The notes beneath the pieces were generated by a model. The model was not told the origin of the DNA and made no database searches. It was given only the letters and a program-made list of their open reading frames with translations. Position numbers and translations under genes: made by a program. Of a DNA stretch of 45,103 nt, positions 8,485 through 19,076 are shown one piece after another. Positions within the stretch are counted from its first letter, which is position 1; every line of letters begins with the position of its first letter. The DNA is from a virus (Duplodnaviria; Caudoviricetes): IMG/VR virus record IMGVR_UViG_3300032212_000030, positions 1 through 45,103 of that record; one strand, given 5' to 3'.

Positions 8485-8982
8485 ATGTTAACACAATCTG
8501 AATTACGACAGGAACTATATTATGATGTTAATAGTGGGCTTTTCACTAGAATAAAAAGTAATCATCATAGCGTCATGGTTGGCGATATAGCTGGGAGTTT
8601 AAATACTCATGGGTATGTCGGCATAAAGGTTTTTGGTAAATTATACTTGGCTCACAGGTTGGCGTACCTGTATATGTTAGGTGAAACACCTGATGAGGTT
8701 GACCATATTAACCATATACGGGCTGATAATAGGTGGGTAAACTTACGAGACGTTACTCGCAGTGAGAACTGCAAAAACAATTCTAAGCGAAAGGATAACG
8801 CGTCAGGTGTTACAGGAGTACATTGGAAAAAACGAGATAGTCGTTGGGTTGCTCAAATAAGAGTTGATAAAGAGACATTATGGCTAGGCCAGTTTGTCAA
8901 GTTCAGTGATGCGGTAGATGCTCGTAAAAATGCGGAGGTCTTATATGGCTTCCATGAAAACCACGGAAAGGAAGGTTTGTAA
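8485..8982 (+). CDS. HNH homing endonuclease with AP2-like C-terminal domain
   Basis: YLAHRLAYLY, VDHINHIRADNRWVNLR, NASGVTGVHW, WLGQF. Confidence 0.9.
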   Translation: MLTQSELRQELYYDVNSGLFTRIKSNHHSVMVGDIAGSLNTHGYVGIKVFGKLYLAHRLAYLYMLGETPDEVDHINHIRADNRWVNLRDVTRSENCKNNSKRKDNASGVTGVHWKKRDSRWVAQIRVDKETLWLGQFVKFSDAVDARKNAEVLYGFHENHGKEGL

Positions 8983-9143
8983 TGAACCCACGAATTGAAG
9001 AGAAACATTTAAGTCTTTTTGAACCTCAACATGAGCGTTTAAAGAAGATGGCTAAAGCTGAGGGCCGTACTATGCGTGGTATGGTTGAGGTATTGATGAA
9101 CGAACATGAGGAGAAAAAGAATGACAGAAGCGGAACTGATTAA
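8982..9143 (+). CDS. Ribbon-helix-helix (Arc/CopG-like) DNA-binding protein, 53 aa (not in ORF track)
   Basis: KHLSLFEPQHERLKKMAKAEGRTMRGMVEVLM fits the RHH pattern; TAATG coupling. Confidence 0.7.
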   Translation: MNPRIEEKHLSLFEPQHERLKKMAKAEGRTMRGMVEVLMNEHEEKKNDRSGTD

Positions 9144-9324
9144 ACATCTACGCCCTATTATTAAGCGATGCGTGAAGATGCTACGTAAAGGTAACCCTGA
9201 GGAGTTGGTCGGCAAACTAGCTATCCTCACTGCGGAATCTCAAAAAGAGGATGCTAACTCTGCTGACCAGTTCTTAGAGTTAGCGATATTAACCAAGTTG
9301 GTGCTTCTCGATGACAGCGAGTAA
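9121..9324 (+). CDS. Hypothetical protein (start probably 9121)
   Basis: GAGGAG RBS before ATG 9121. Confidence 0.65.
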   Translation: MTEAELIKHLRPIIKRCVKMLRKGNPEELVGKLAILTAESQKEDANSADQFLELAILTKLVLLDDSE

Positions 9325-9380
9325 GCGTAAAAAATTACGGGATAAACGTAAAGCCCGTTCACAAAAAGAGGAGAATTAAG

Positions 9381-9608
9381 ATGAAAAAGTTATTACTCAC
9401 AGTGTTGCTAGTTACTACTAGCTTGTTCGCAAGTGTTGAGGTTATCCATAAGATTGAGTGTATCAATGGTAGTAAGTACCTAGTAAGTGTTCTCACTGAC
9501 AACAATACAGCGACAGCACTTAACACGATTCAGATGAAACAACGTACTCAAGCTACAAGAGAGATTCTTGTTCCTATCCCTTGTACGAGAGAGGATGGTA
9601 AAAAGTAA
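9381..9608 (+). CDS. Small exported hypothetical protein
   Basis: Signal peptide MKKLLLTVLLVTTSLFA; GAGGAG RBS. Confidence 0.7.
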   Translation: MKKLLLTVLLVTTSLFASVEVIHKIECINGSKYLVSVLTDNNTATALNTIQMKQRTQATREILVPIPCTREDGKK

Positions 9609-9910
9609 TGATAACCTTGCACCCACTTATTAACCCTAACAGTAGTCATTACGATACTCAAGAGAAAACAGCGATTGAGCATCTTGAGGACCAGTTGACG
9701 GTACGTGAGATGATAGGTTTCTGTAAAGGGAACATCTATAAATACACGTATCGTAAAGAACATAAGGGTGCGAAAGAGGCAGATGAAGAAAAGATTAAAA
9801 CCTATGTCAACTACATGGCAGTACTTCACAGTACGTTAAACGCCTCTATAGGTGGTCTTACTGTTACTGAAACCTTTAAACACAGCGGTATCTCTTTCAG
9901 ATACCGTTAA
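9608..9910 (+). CDS. DUF3310-like phage protein
   Basis: INPNSSHY, GFCKGNIYKYTYRKEHKG. Confidence 0.75.
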   Translation: MITLHPLINPNSSHYDTQEKTAIEHLEDQLTVREMIGFCKGNIYKYTYRKEHKGAKEADEEKIKTYVNYMAVLHSTLNASIGGLTVTETFKHSGISFRYR

Positions 9911-11637
9911 AAGTTTGTACCGTAATTAGAACTTCTATTGCGGTATGAGCCGTTGAAGTTTTGCAACGTGAACTCTAAGTTCTTGTCAGCCTCTTCTTCA
10001 GCGTGTATCTCCAATCCTTTACTCTCATCATCAGATATTTTATCAAGTAGAAAACTCACTCCATTTGCTAAACTATCTAATCGGTCATCATGAGTCAAAC
10101 TGTCACGCTCTTTGGTTATCTTAGCTAACTGATGGGTGAATGAGTAGTTACGACTAGGAGCGTTGAGGTCATGCTCAAAGACTTCTTTATCCACAACAAT
10201 ACGGTGTTGGTTCATAATAGGCTCTAGCGTCTCAATGATACGCACTTCTTTTTGTCCTGTAACCTTTATCCCCTCTATCTCTGTATCAGGGCTTATACGC
10301 GTTACGTGTGGTTCTAACATCTTAGAGAACGCACCATCACCGTAGTTGTCCTCAGGTACTAGCGTCTCGATACGATGTATCTTACAAAGGTTTGCAATAT
10401 TCTCCATCACCTCATCTTCATAACCACCAGCAATACCAATAATCTTCTTAACAAAGATACGCGTATTGAGGTGATAGAGGATGGTAATACCAATCTCATC
10501 CTTACCTTTACCAGCTGTATCTATCGACATTATCCGATAGTCGTACTCAGCCATCTCAGGAGAGCGATACGCTGGGGTGTATAATTTGTCCTTAGCAAAA
10601 CCGTTATGTTTCTGATATAGGATATTATCAGGCATTGAAGAGTAAGTCATCTTAAGTGGTGCATGGTCATCGTCAACGTTATCCACAATAAAGTCTGATA
10701 ACTTGAGAGGATAACGCAAGTCATCCGCATCAGATACATCTAACTGATACTGTAACTTGAATTTAGACTTACCAATACGTTGCTCTTTAGACGTTAAGAA
10801 GTCATCGTTAAGTCTTTCATCCACTGCTTTACCAATCAACTCAGGATGTTCTTTAATAGCTTCTTTGATATAAGGAGCAAGGCCACCAAAGTATGATAGG
10901 TCATTCTCAGGGTAACGAGCTGGGATAACAAGAGGTACAAACCCTTTCTCATCAATCCAGTTCACATAGATGGATGACATCGAGTGAGGGGTACAAAGCG
11001 TAACTGACTCATCGTGTCCACTCATCAAGAGATTCTGAGCTTCCATAGCATAGGTATCAATCGCTTCTGACATCACTGCTGACTCAACAGTCTGAGCCGT
11101 TTCGATATCATCATAAACAACTAAGGTTGCACGGAAACCAGTTACTTGAGTCTTAGCACCAACAGCGTAAACGCTTGGAGCATCTGAAGCTGTAGAACCA
11201 GCAACATCAAAACTCTCACCCGATGTACGCTCAATATTGTGTCTAGGAGCCATATGTTTAGTAACAGGTAGTATCTTCAAAAGCTTTTGTACAAACTGCG
11301 AATAATTCTTTGCACGAGTTGAACCAGCTGACATGACAAGGATATGTTCATCAGGGTTATTTAACAACCGCCATACAACATAAATCTGTGAGCTTAATGA
11401 TTTAGATAAACCCCTCATCGCCATGATAAGTCTGTGAGGATTAGATGTGTCTAACAGGAATAGGGCTATTTCGTACTGTGCTTTACTAGGACGGGGTAAG
11501 CCGAGGTGAGCAAAGGCATAAGTATAGAAGTAGATAAAATTGTCCTCAAGGGCTTCATTTGAGAAATACTTATCATCCTCGTTGAGTTGTCCCCAACCAT
11601 CTTGGGTAAAGATGGCAACTTGTTCTCTAGGCGTCAT
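9907..11637 (-). CDS. Terminase large subunit, T7 gp19-like
   Basis: MAMRGLSKS Walker A, TGFRATLVVYDDIE, MSIDTAGKGKDE, EDNYGDG, GQKEVRIIETLEP, HDDRLDSLA. Confidence 0.93.
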   Translation of the reverse strand: MTPREQVAIFTQDGWGQLNEDDKYFSNEALEDNFIYFYTYAFAHLGLPRPSKAQYEIALFLLDTSNPHRLIMAMRGLSKSLSSQIYVVWRLLNNPDEHILVMSAGSTRAKNYSQFVQKLLKILPVTKHMAPRHNIERTSGESFDVAGSTASDAPSVYAVGAKTQVTGFRATLVVYDDIETAQTVESAVMSEAIDTYAMEAQNLLMSGHDESVTLCTPHSMSSIYVNWIDEKGFVPLVIPARYPENDLSYFGGLAPYIKEAIKEHPELIGKAVDERLNDDFLTSKEQRIGKSKFKLQYQLDVSDADDLRYPLKLSDFIVDNVDDDHAPLKMTYSSMPDNILYQKHNGFAKDKLYTPAYRSPEMAEYDYRIMSIDTAGKGKDEIGITILYHLNTRIFVKKIIGIAGGYEDEVMENIANLCKIHRIETLVPEDNYGDGAFSKMLEPHVTRISPDTEIEGIKVTGQKEVRIIETLEPIMNQHRIVVDKEVFEHDLNAPSRNYSFTHQLAKITKERDSLTHDDRLDSLANGVSFLLDKISDDESKGLEIHAEEEADKNLEFTLQNFNGSYRNRSSNYGTNF

Positions 11638-11864
11638 GTGCTTAATGCCTTCTTTTTCCTACGTTCATCAGCCTCAGCGAGACGGGCCTTAGTGTCCTCT
11701 TCAACAGAGCTACGAGACTTTTCTTCTACAACCGCGTTACTCTTAAGGTAGTTAACGGCTACTGACAACTCAGCTAGTTCGTTTGTGTCTCCGTTCTCAA
11801 CAAGCTTAACCATTCTATCAAGCACTAGCTCATCAAGTCTTTCAAGTTTTTCTTTTTTAGTCAT
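11634..11864 (-). CDS. Terminase small subunit, T7 gp18-like
   Basis: Directly upstream of terL; AELSVAVNYLKSN motif. Confidence 0.7.
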   Translation of the reverse strand: MTKKEKLERLDELVLDRMVKLVENGDTNELAELSVAVNYLKSNAVVEEKSRSSVEEDTKARLAEADERRKKKALST

Positions 11865-11883
11865 AAGTCCTCCTCAAGACATC

Positions 11884-14800
11884 TTATTTATAATTGTATA
11901 GGTTTAAAAAGTCTCCGATATTAGACGATAACCCCATAGGTGCTGGGTCCAGTAGACCTAATCCCGCACTGTAAGCACCCATAAATGGATGATTTAACAA
12001 TCCACCCATAATCATATCAGTTTCATCATACTCTTTACCTTTAATCTCTGAACGTAAAGAAGTAAGCAATGCTCCTGTACCTGTCCACATAGCGACTTGT
12101 AACATCGCTTGACCGTCACCAGCAAAGATACCACGACCTAAGAATGAACCATGATTTGAGTAAGCGTTCATAGGATACTTAAGTAGGTTAGAGATAATCC
12201 CACCTAAAGCGGTTTGACGTGTGTACGCACCTGTACCACCGAACGTTGCTTGTTGAATACGTTTCTGCATCATAAGGTCCACGACTGTAGCGAACTCCAT
12301 ACGGTCAGCTCTTGACCATTTGTCAAGCTCGATATCCATAACCTTACCCTTATCGTTCATCTTAAACTCATACTTTTGCAACATCTTTTCAAACTCAGGT
12401 GTAATCCCGAACGTTACTTTCTCATGAGCTTTGAACGTGTAGGTACCAGCTTTAAACTCTGCTAGAACTTGAGCTGTATCAATAAGATTAATCTCAGTCA
12501 GGGCGTCAGAGGTTTTAACAAAAGGTAGTACGTGTAGCACAACATCTCTTGACATCTCACCAACCTTACTAACTACACCACCAAAGCCCTCACCACCAGC
12601 CAAGTTACCTGTATCGTCAAGTGTTTTGTACGCACCGTAACTAGCACCGTATCTGTGCATACCTAAACCTGTGAGGTTTTGTAAGCGTGTAATCAACATA
12701 CTGTCACGACCATGAGTGTTAATCATACCACGACTAACTTTCTTGAAGCTCTCGCTCCATCCGCTTGTACCCATCTTAGCCATAGTTGCACCAGCCTCTT
12801 GAATCAGAGATAGCGTTGAGAATATCATAGCTTTCGCCATAGCGTAATTAGAGACATCACGCCAAAAACGATTGGTTGCATCTGAGTAGTCAACTACTGG
12901 CCTACCAGCAAGTAGCTCAATATCATTGAGGATTGTCTCTTTAGCTTTAGGATTGAACCCACTCTCAATATCATTAACCTGAGCGATAGCATCATCAACA
13001 GACTTGTAACCTAAGTCTGCAAAGGCGATATGACCTGATGACTGATTAGCGTAAGTCTGCATAATATTCATGATATCGTTCTCAACAACATCGTTGATAC
13101 CAACGTTGATTGTCTTGAAGCCGTCACCATCTCTCACTGTTAACTCTATCTTACCAAACGCTGTCTCATCCATAGGGATACGAGCTTTAAGGCGATTGTA
13201 TCCTTTAGTCCCCACTCCAAGAGCTTCAGCTAAGTCATCTGCTAACTCAACGTCAAGACCTTTGGCTCTCAATGTTTCTTGAATCTTACTGATAGCTTCT
13301 TTGCTTGATATCTTTTGCATAGAGTTTAATGCACCCATAGTTTCAAGATACGCCTCAGCAGTAGCTTCAGGGTTAGTTGTCTTATGGAACATTTTAGTAA
13401 ACTCTTTCATGAACACTTCGCGTGAAGCTGGTGTCATAGCTCTCATAAGAGTTTCAATATTACCACCCTTAACCATACGTGGGACATAGTTCTCTAGTTC
13501 TGTAATCTTTTCAATACCTTTGATACCAGCATCTTGCATATTCTTCAATACTGAGTCTAAAGATTTACGCGTAGTCTCAACAGCCTTGTTTAATGACTCA
13601 TACTCTGACTTCTCGCCTGTTTTAAGGAGTCGGGTAACCTCATGGTTAAACTCAGCTCTTTTGCTCATATTGCGAAAGAGAGACAGCTTTCCTTCGATGG
13701 CTCCTGTACCACTTTCTTTTAACCACTCTCTGTAGTTCTCATGACTTTCACGTTGTAAGGGTTTAATAATACTCTCATAAGTCATATTCTTAACACGCTC
13801 AACAGTCTTTTTACCCTCGATTGGATTGAAGTAGAAGTCATTAACTAACTTCTTACCAGCTTCAGTAGCACCGTTTAGTAGTGGTTGCAAAGTTTCTGTA
13901 ATACTTATACGCGTTTTAACAGCAAGGTCTGATAACTCAGCTCTTGTATCACGCGTTCTGTCTAACAGTTTCGCGTTACGTGCGATAGCTGTACCATTTT
14001 TGGTCATCTCCCAAATACGACCAGCGTTAGCAACACCAAGTCCTAAACCAATAGCACCAGCTAGTATCATCCAACCATCAGATGAAGGGTTGAACCCATC
14101 GTCAGCTTGAGCTAAAGCTCCTGTAGCGATAAGGCCTAAGGCTACTTTCTTTGGAGTAGAAAAGGTTTTGTTCCCAACAGTCACTTTCATGTTATCACCG
14201 TCAGGCGTCATCTTAATCTTTGGAGGCGTCATAGGTTTACCAGCGTTGAACGCATCTTCTAACATCTTGAACGCTTCATCTGATAAGGTGCCGTTGTCAT
14301 GAAGATGTTTGTAAGCATCAAAAGTCTCTTGCTCAATACCCGACTTATCCGCTTTGTTTATCTCATCAATGCTTTGTTTAGTGTGTTCTAAACCCTCATC
14401 AATAGATTTAGTTACCATCTCTTGGTCTTTGATGGACTGACGAGCTAGGGACAACTCTTTCTCAACCTTTGAGATGTGTTTGGCTTGAGTCTCTAATACT
14501 TCATCTGTTTGCTTAACACCGTGTTTAGGTAATGTTTTAGATACGCGAACACGCTTCATCTCACGAATAATGCTATCAAGACGTGCGATATTGTCTTTAG
14601 TTTGTAAGCTAGGTGTCTCTAAGTCACGTTTAGCTAACTCATCACGCTTGGCGATAAACTCAGCTTCATCCATTTTAGCTACCCACTGTCTGTTAACTAC
14701 CTCTTCATTAAGTTTTGCACGTGCTTCAACCGCTACAGTTTTCTCCATAGGTGTTGAAGCTTTTTGGATGGCTTGTTCATAAAACTCCATACGCTTCTCA

Positions 14801-15756
14801 TACTCTACAGCGAACTCGATATCATCAAGCTTCTTTATGTCCTCATGGAACGCAACTTCTTTAGCTGGTTCCACACGATGAGTAGGTTTATACTCAGTGA
14901 TAATTGTTGGCATCTGACCTGTCTCAGAAAAACGCGGTAACATCGCAATCTCTTGTTCAGCAACATTAGCTACTGTAGCGTTACTCGGCATACCTTTAAG
15001 GCTGTTAGTCAGTGGTTCCGTGTTAACTCTTGAGACAATGGCTCCATCAATAGCTCCACCAATAAGACTGAATAAAGTTGCTTCACCCCACGAGACGTCA
15101 TCTTGAGTCTCAGCTATAAACTGACCGTAAGTAACGTGCGTCGCACCAGCACCGAGGGCCATAATCTTTGAGGCACCAGTTATCTTTGCACCAATACTCG
15201 CAACAGGAGCAATAATCGTATCAATATCACCAGCGATACCTGTAGCTAATGATGATACAATTCTCTCTGTAGAGCTTAAGGCGTTAGCCATTTGTGTTTC
15301 TCTACGTTTCTTCTCTTTGATACCAGCTACTAAGCTGTCACGATGTTCTGCATTTTTAGCAAAGTCGAATGAGTTGATGTCATTAAAGTCAAGGCCAACA
15401 GAGTTAGCGTACTCTAACACCGCATCACCTTTAAAGTTAGCTGTAAACTCTTTATCTTCTTCTTGCCAAAACTCTCTATCATGTTGGAAGTAGTCAACAC
15501 CTCGTGCTAACCATGTGTCATCCCATGTATTAGAAAAACCTCTCCACTTCTCACCTACAAAGAGACTAGCTTCAGAGTTGAACCATGTAGCTGACTCAAC
15601 TTTACCTAAACGCTCATTCTCTTCTTTGCTACCAGCTAAACCCTCTTGGGTTTGTGTGATAACATCAGCACCAATTTTACGCTCATCAATATTATACGGT
15701 TGGCTTGTAGATGTTGACGCGGTTACGTCACCATACTCAGGGTTTTTATCAGTCAT
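11884..15756 (-). CDS. Internal virion (ejection) protein, gp16-like
   Basis: 1290 aa, helical, NYVPR motif; third of three consecutive core genes. Confidence 0.7.
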   Translation of the reverse strand: MTDKNPEYGDVTASTSTSQPYNIDERKIGADVITQTQEGLAGSKEENERLGKVESATWFNSEASLFVGEKWRGFSNTWDDTWLARGVDYFQHDREFWQEEDKEFTANFKGDAVLEYANSVGLDFNDINSFDFAKNAEHRDSLVAGIKEKKRRETQMANALSSTERIVSSLATGIAGDIDTIIAPVASIGAKITGASKIMALGAGATHVTYGQFIAETQDDVSWGEATLFSLIGGAIDGAIVSRVNTEPLTNSLKGMPSNATVANVAEQEIAMLPRFSETGQMPTIITEYKPTHRVEPAKEVAFHEDIKKLDDIEFAVEYEKRMEFYEQAIQKASTPMEKTVAVEARAKLNEEVVNRQWVAKMDEAEFIAKRDELAKRDLETPSLQTKDNIARLDSIIREMKRVRVSKTLPKHGVKQTDEVLETQAKHISKVEKELSLARQSIKDQEMVTKSIDEGLEHTKQSIDEINKADKSGIEQETFDAYKHLHDNGTLSDEAFKMLEDAFNAGKPMTPPKIKMTPDGDNMKVTVGNKTFSTPKKVALGLIATGALAQADDGFNPSSDGWMILAGAIGLGLGVANAGRIWEMTKNGTAIARNAKLLDRTRDTRAELSDLAVKTRISITETLQPLLNGATEAGKKLVNDFYFNPIEGKKTVERVKNMTYESIIKPLQRESHENYREWLKESGTGAIEGKLSLFRNMSKRAEFNHEVTRLLKTGEKSEYESLNKAVETTRKSLDSVLKNMQDAGIKGIEKITELENYVPRMVKGGNIETLMRAMTPASREVFMKEFTKMFHKTTNPEATAEAYLETMGALNSMQKISSKEAISKIQETLRAKGLDVELADDLAEALGVGTKGYNRLKARIPMDETAFGKIELTVRDGDGFKTINVGINDVVENDIMNIMQTYANQSSGHIAFADLGYKSVDDAIAQVNDIESGFNPKAKETILNDIELLAGRPVVDYSDATNRFWRDVSNYAMAKAMIFSTLSLIQEAGATMAKMGTSGWSESFKKVSRGMINTHGRDSMLITRLQNLTGLGMHRYGASYGAYKTLDDTGNLAGGEGFGGVVSKVGEMSRDVVLHVLPFVKTSDALTEINLIDTAQVLAEFKAGTYTFKAHEKVTFGITPEFEKMLQKYEFKMNDKGKVMDIELDKWSRADRMEFATVVDLMMQKRIQQATFGGTGAYTRQTALGGIISNLLKYPMNAYSNHGSFLGRGIFAGDGQAMLQVAMWTGTGALLTSLRSEIKGKEYDETDMIMGGLLNHPFMGAYSAGLGLLDPAPMGLSSNIGDFLNLYNYK

Positions 15757-17939
15757 TATTTAAGCCCTAGTCTATTGTAATTTTTCTTACCACTTGCTAC
15801 CTCATCAGGATACATCACCTCATAGTGGAGCAATTTACCAGCTGAGTATACACTAACTGCTGTTAATATCGTACCATCATCGCCAATACTCTGTGAGACT
15901 TTAAAGTTTTCATCATCACCAATAGAGTCATCGTCAACCTCAATGTTAATTCCAAGCTTATCAACGCTACGTTTAAGTAGGGTTGTCATGTTCTTTTGCA
16001 TTTGGTCGCCTGTAACTGCGACATCAGTACGTTGACCACCCTCAGCTGTAGATAGCGAGTAAGGTCTAATAATAGTCATACTTGTACCCCACACACCATC
16101 GCTGTCAATAACTGCTGTACGTGAACGGGCCATTGTTTCAAACTCTTCAGGAGTTGTAACCTCATTAGAGTTCTTACGTGTAAGTTTACCTAAGATATCC
16201 ATAACACCCTGTACAGGTTGCACCGTACCTACAGCGTAACCCTCAACTAAGTTCTCGTATTCCTCACCTTTGTCTTGGTTCGCAATATGCTGTTTCATAA
16301 CATCAGGTTGTGTAAAATCTTTTTTACGATTGTTCAACACAATGTTATAAGCAGACTTAAGGCGTAGTAGCTCATCAGCTTCAGAGATTTTAACACCACT
16401 CTCACGCTCTTTAGCGTATCTTGCTTGTAGGTTTTGGATAATCTCATAATCACCTTGGGTTGGACCGTCAGCATAAGTGTCGCCACCTTTAGCGTCGTTA
16501 CCGTAAGCTACAGCGGTTACAATCGTATTGTTCAACTCTGTAATACTCTTAGCTCCTGACGCACCGTGGTTAGCATCTCTGACAATCTTAGTAACTACAG
16601 GTAAGTCACCAAGTCCTGATAACTTGAGAGACTTGACAGTGTTCGCTAACTTATTAGCACTTGCTGGACTACCACTTGCTATCATCTGATTAACTTCGTC
16701 AGTGAACTTAGTCTTTAAGAAGTTGTCAATCTCAGCTGGTTTCAACTTGTAGTTAACCGTAATTGAAGATAGACCATCTTGGCTTGGGATAGTGGTTGCA
16801 ATATCCACACCATTAGCTCTTGCTGTTCTTAGTCCAGCTCCACCGTCTTTAGCGATACCTGTATAGATAGCACTCAACTTCTCGTAAGTAGCTCCTACCA
16901 AGCTCGCTTCACGTACAGCTTTAAACTCACTTTTACTGAGCTTGAAGCCTAAGGCGTTCTTTTGATTACCTTGAGTGACAATACCATTAACCGCTGTTTG
17001 TACTTGCTCACTTGACATCGTTACGTATTTACTTTTCAAGTTGGCTGTAGCTTCAGTTATTTGAGTATCAATATCAGTTTGTTTACCAACAGTTGAGCCT
17101 AACACTTTCCATCCACCAAGAATACGTTTAAACTCAACGTCTGACATATCCTTTTTAACTTTATGAATTTCACCTTTTTTATCCATCGTTGCAACCGCAC
17201 CAAAAAGACCATTGAACGTACCCTGTTCATCTTTAGTGTACATAACTGCTAACTTGTTAAGGTCCTCAGTAGCTAAACGCTCAAGAGATGTTAATTGTGA
17301 AGTTACAATCTTATTAGTAGCAACGTCTTTATCGAGTCCAGCTCCTACAATTTGGTCCTCTAAGGTGTCAGCCATATCTTTAGTCATACTAGAAACTACA
17401 GTGTTACCACTGAAAGTTGCTAAAGCTTTATTGGCTCGTAGCTCAACCGCTTCAGTCTCTTCTTTTTGAAAGAGTTTTGTACCAATCTGAGAGTTTCTTT
17501 GCTTGTTAGCGAACAGTAGGTTAGTAGCTGGTTTAGCGAATACATCTTTAAAGCCTTGGTTAGCAAGGTCATTGTTACCGAAACTACCCTTAGTCACCAT
17601 CTCTTGATAGAGTTGTTGCTCCATATCTGTTTTATCAGCGTATTGTTGAGCTGTAGGGTTAGGAATTTCAGCAAACTTCTGATTACTTTGAGCCATAGCT
17701 TCAGTGTAATCAGCTAGTAGCTCGGAACCAGCTCTCTTACCAGCACTAATGTTTGCAGATTGAACCTCACCAGCTATCTTTTGTAAGTTGATGCCAAGGT
17801 CTTTAGCGAGCTTCGCACCCTTATCAATCGTTTTACTCTCTTGGATAGTCGCTGATGGTGCTGAGGTACTGATAGTCGCACCCTTAACACCTGAGGTTGT
17901 ACGTGCTACTTTGCCAGCTGTCTCTTTAAGGGTAGCCAT
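15756..17939 (-). CDS. Internal virion protein, gp15-like
   Basis: 727 aa; position between gp14-like and gp16-like genes. Confidence 0.6.
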   Translation of the reverse strand: MATLKETAGKVARTTSGVKGATISTSAPSATIQESKTIDKGAKLAKDLGINLQKIAGEVQSANISAGKRAGSELLADYTEAMAQSNQKFAEIPNPTAQQYADKTDMEQQLYQEMVTKGSFGNNDLANQGFKDVFAKPATNLLFANKQRNSQIGTKLFQKEETEAVELRANKALATFSGNTVVSSMTKDMADTLEDQIVGAGLDKDVATNKIVTSQLTSLERLATEDLNKLAVMYTKDEQGTFNGLFGAVATMDKKGEIHKVKKDMSDVEFKRILGGWKVLGSTVGKQTDIDTQITEATANLKSKYVTMSSEQVQTAVNGIVTQGNQKNALGFKLSKSEFKAVREASLVGATYEKLSAIYTGIAKDGGAGLRTARANGVDIATTIPSQDGLSSITVNYKLKPAEIDNFLKTKFTDEVNQMIASGSPASANKLANTVKSLKLSGLGDLPVVTKIVRDANHGASGAKSITELNNTIVTAVAYGNDAKGGDTYADGPTQGDYEIIQNLQARYAKERESGVKISEADELLRLKSAYNIVLNNRKKDFTQPDVMKQHIANQDKGEEYENLVEGYAVGTVQPVQGVMDILGKLTRKNSNEVTTPEEFETMARSRTAVIDSDGVWGTSMTIIRPYSLSTAEGGQRTDVAVTGDQMQKNMTTLLKRSVDKLGINIEVDDDSIGDDENFKVSQSIGDDGTILTAVSVYSAGKLLHYEVMYPDEVASGKKNYNRLGLK

Positions 17940-18517
17940 TAGTCATCTCCTACGAATAAATCTTCTTTACTTTGTTTAGGTAACATCGCTAAGGTCTGTT
18001 GAAATGCTGAGATACCACCACTTGTTGCGGTTAACCATCCGTCACTACTTACTCTCGGCATACCTGTAGATAAGGATAATAAGTCTGACTGTAGTTTAAT
18101 AGTCTGTGAGTCCATTTGAGTTTGAATTGAACGCTGTTCATTAGTAGCTGATGCGATAATGTTAGCTTTATCAAAATGTTCAGCCATGAACGCCTCTTGG
18201 ATTGCAAGGTCAGTTGTACCACCTGAAGTCCCTGTCTCAGCAGAAGCTACACGTAACCTCGCTTGGTCTTTGAGCGATTGCATTGAACGCTCAGAAAGTT
18301 TGCTACCTAACACTTGGTCAAGTTCTTCAACTTGTTGTTTCATCTTAGACATCGAGAACTCATAAGATGTTGTAGCTTGTTTCATGTTAGCTATCTTGGC
18401 ATCAGCCTTAGCTTTAGCCTGTCTCTCAAAAGCTTTTGTTTCTTGAATACCGCTTAGGATAGTGGTACCAGCAGTGATACCAGCTGAGGCTACGGTTGCT
18501 TTTTCACTTGCTGTCAT
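17939..18517 (-). CDS. Internal virion protein, gp14-like
   Basis: 192 aa, A/Q-rich, RVASAETGTSG motif. Confidence 0.7.
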   Translation of the reverse strand: MTASEKATVASAGITAGTTILSGIQETKAFERQAKAKADAKIANMKQATTSYEFSMSKMKQQVEELDQVLGSKLSERSMQSLKDQARLRVASAETGTSGGTTDLAIQEAFMAEHFDKANIIASATNEQRSIQTQMDSQTIKLQSDLLSLSTGMPRVSSDGWLTATSGGISAFQQTLAMLPKQSKEDLFVGDD

Positions 18518-18527
18518 AACCTATCCT

Positions 18528-19037
18528 TTATACTACACGTTGGTAGATAATATCTAAATGGGTAACAAGCAAGACATCGCCAGCGTTTTCTTTTCTCGCT
18601 TGTACAACAATGTCTTTAATCCCACCAGCAAAGACGTCAACATGGATGAGAGTGTCAACAACATTATCTGTATTGTCTTTAGGTTCTTTACGTACTTCAG
18701 TCCAAGTGCTTCCACCGTCAGTAGAAAATCTAAAGAACGCAGAGGTTGTTACTGAGTTTAAAGAATGAATCATTGACATCTTTAACTCATACGTACCAGC
18801 ACCTCTTGACGGAGTAACTAATTGAGCTACTGTCTCATAGGTATCATTAGCTACTGTAAAGCTGGCTACCTGTACGTAATCGTAAGTACGGTCTATATAA
18901 TTACCCTCAAGTGTTGTGATTCTACCGCCTAAGGCGATATCCTCAGCGTAACACTCATCGAAGTTGGCATCAATGTTAGCTCCAACAACTGCTCCTGTTG
19001 ATACGCCTGTAACGGCTACTGGTTTCACTTGTGCCAT
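18528..19037 (-). CDS. Putative virion fibre/decoration protein
   Basis: IDANFDECY, short coiled coil, beta-rich C-terminal domain (FSTDGGSTW). Confidence 0.55.
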   Translation of the reverse strand: MAQVKPVAVTGVSTGAVVGANIDANFDECYAEDIALGGRITTLEGNYIDRTYDYVQVASFTVANDTYETVAQLVTPSRGAGTYELKMSMIHSLNSVTTSAFFRFSTDGGSTWTEVRKEPKDNTDNVVDTLIHVDVFAGGIKDIVVQARKENAGDVLLVTHLDIIYQRVV

Positions 19038-19060
19038 GTTATACTCCTGTTTGTTATAGC

Positions 19061-19069
19061 ATTATAGCG
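19061..19069 (-). promoter_or_regulatory. Putative -10 box (cgcTATAAT) for 19037 and downstream core genes
   Basis: TATAAT on the minus strand in the short intergenic gap, upstream of an AGGAG RBS. Confidence 0.5.
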
Positions 19070-19076
19070 TAAACAG

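Noticed and set aside
9311-9379. 22-aa basic ORF MTASKRKKLRDKRKARSQKEEN
   Set aside because: It fills a gap but lacks a convincing RBS and is too short to support
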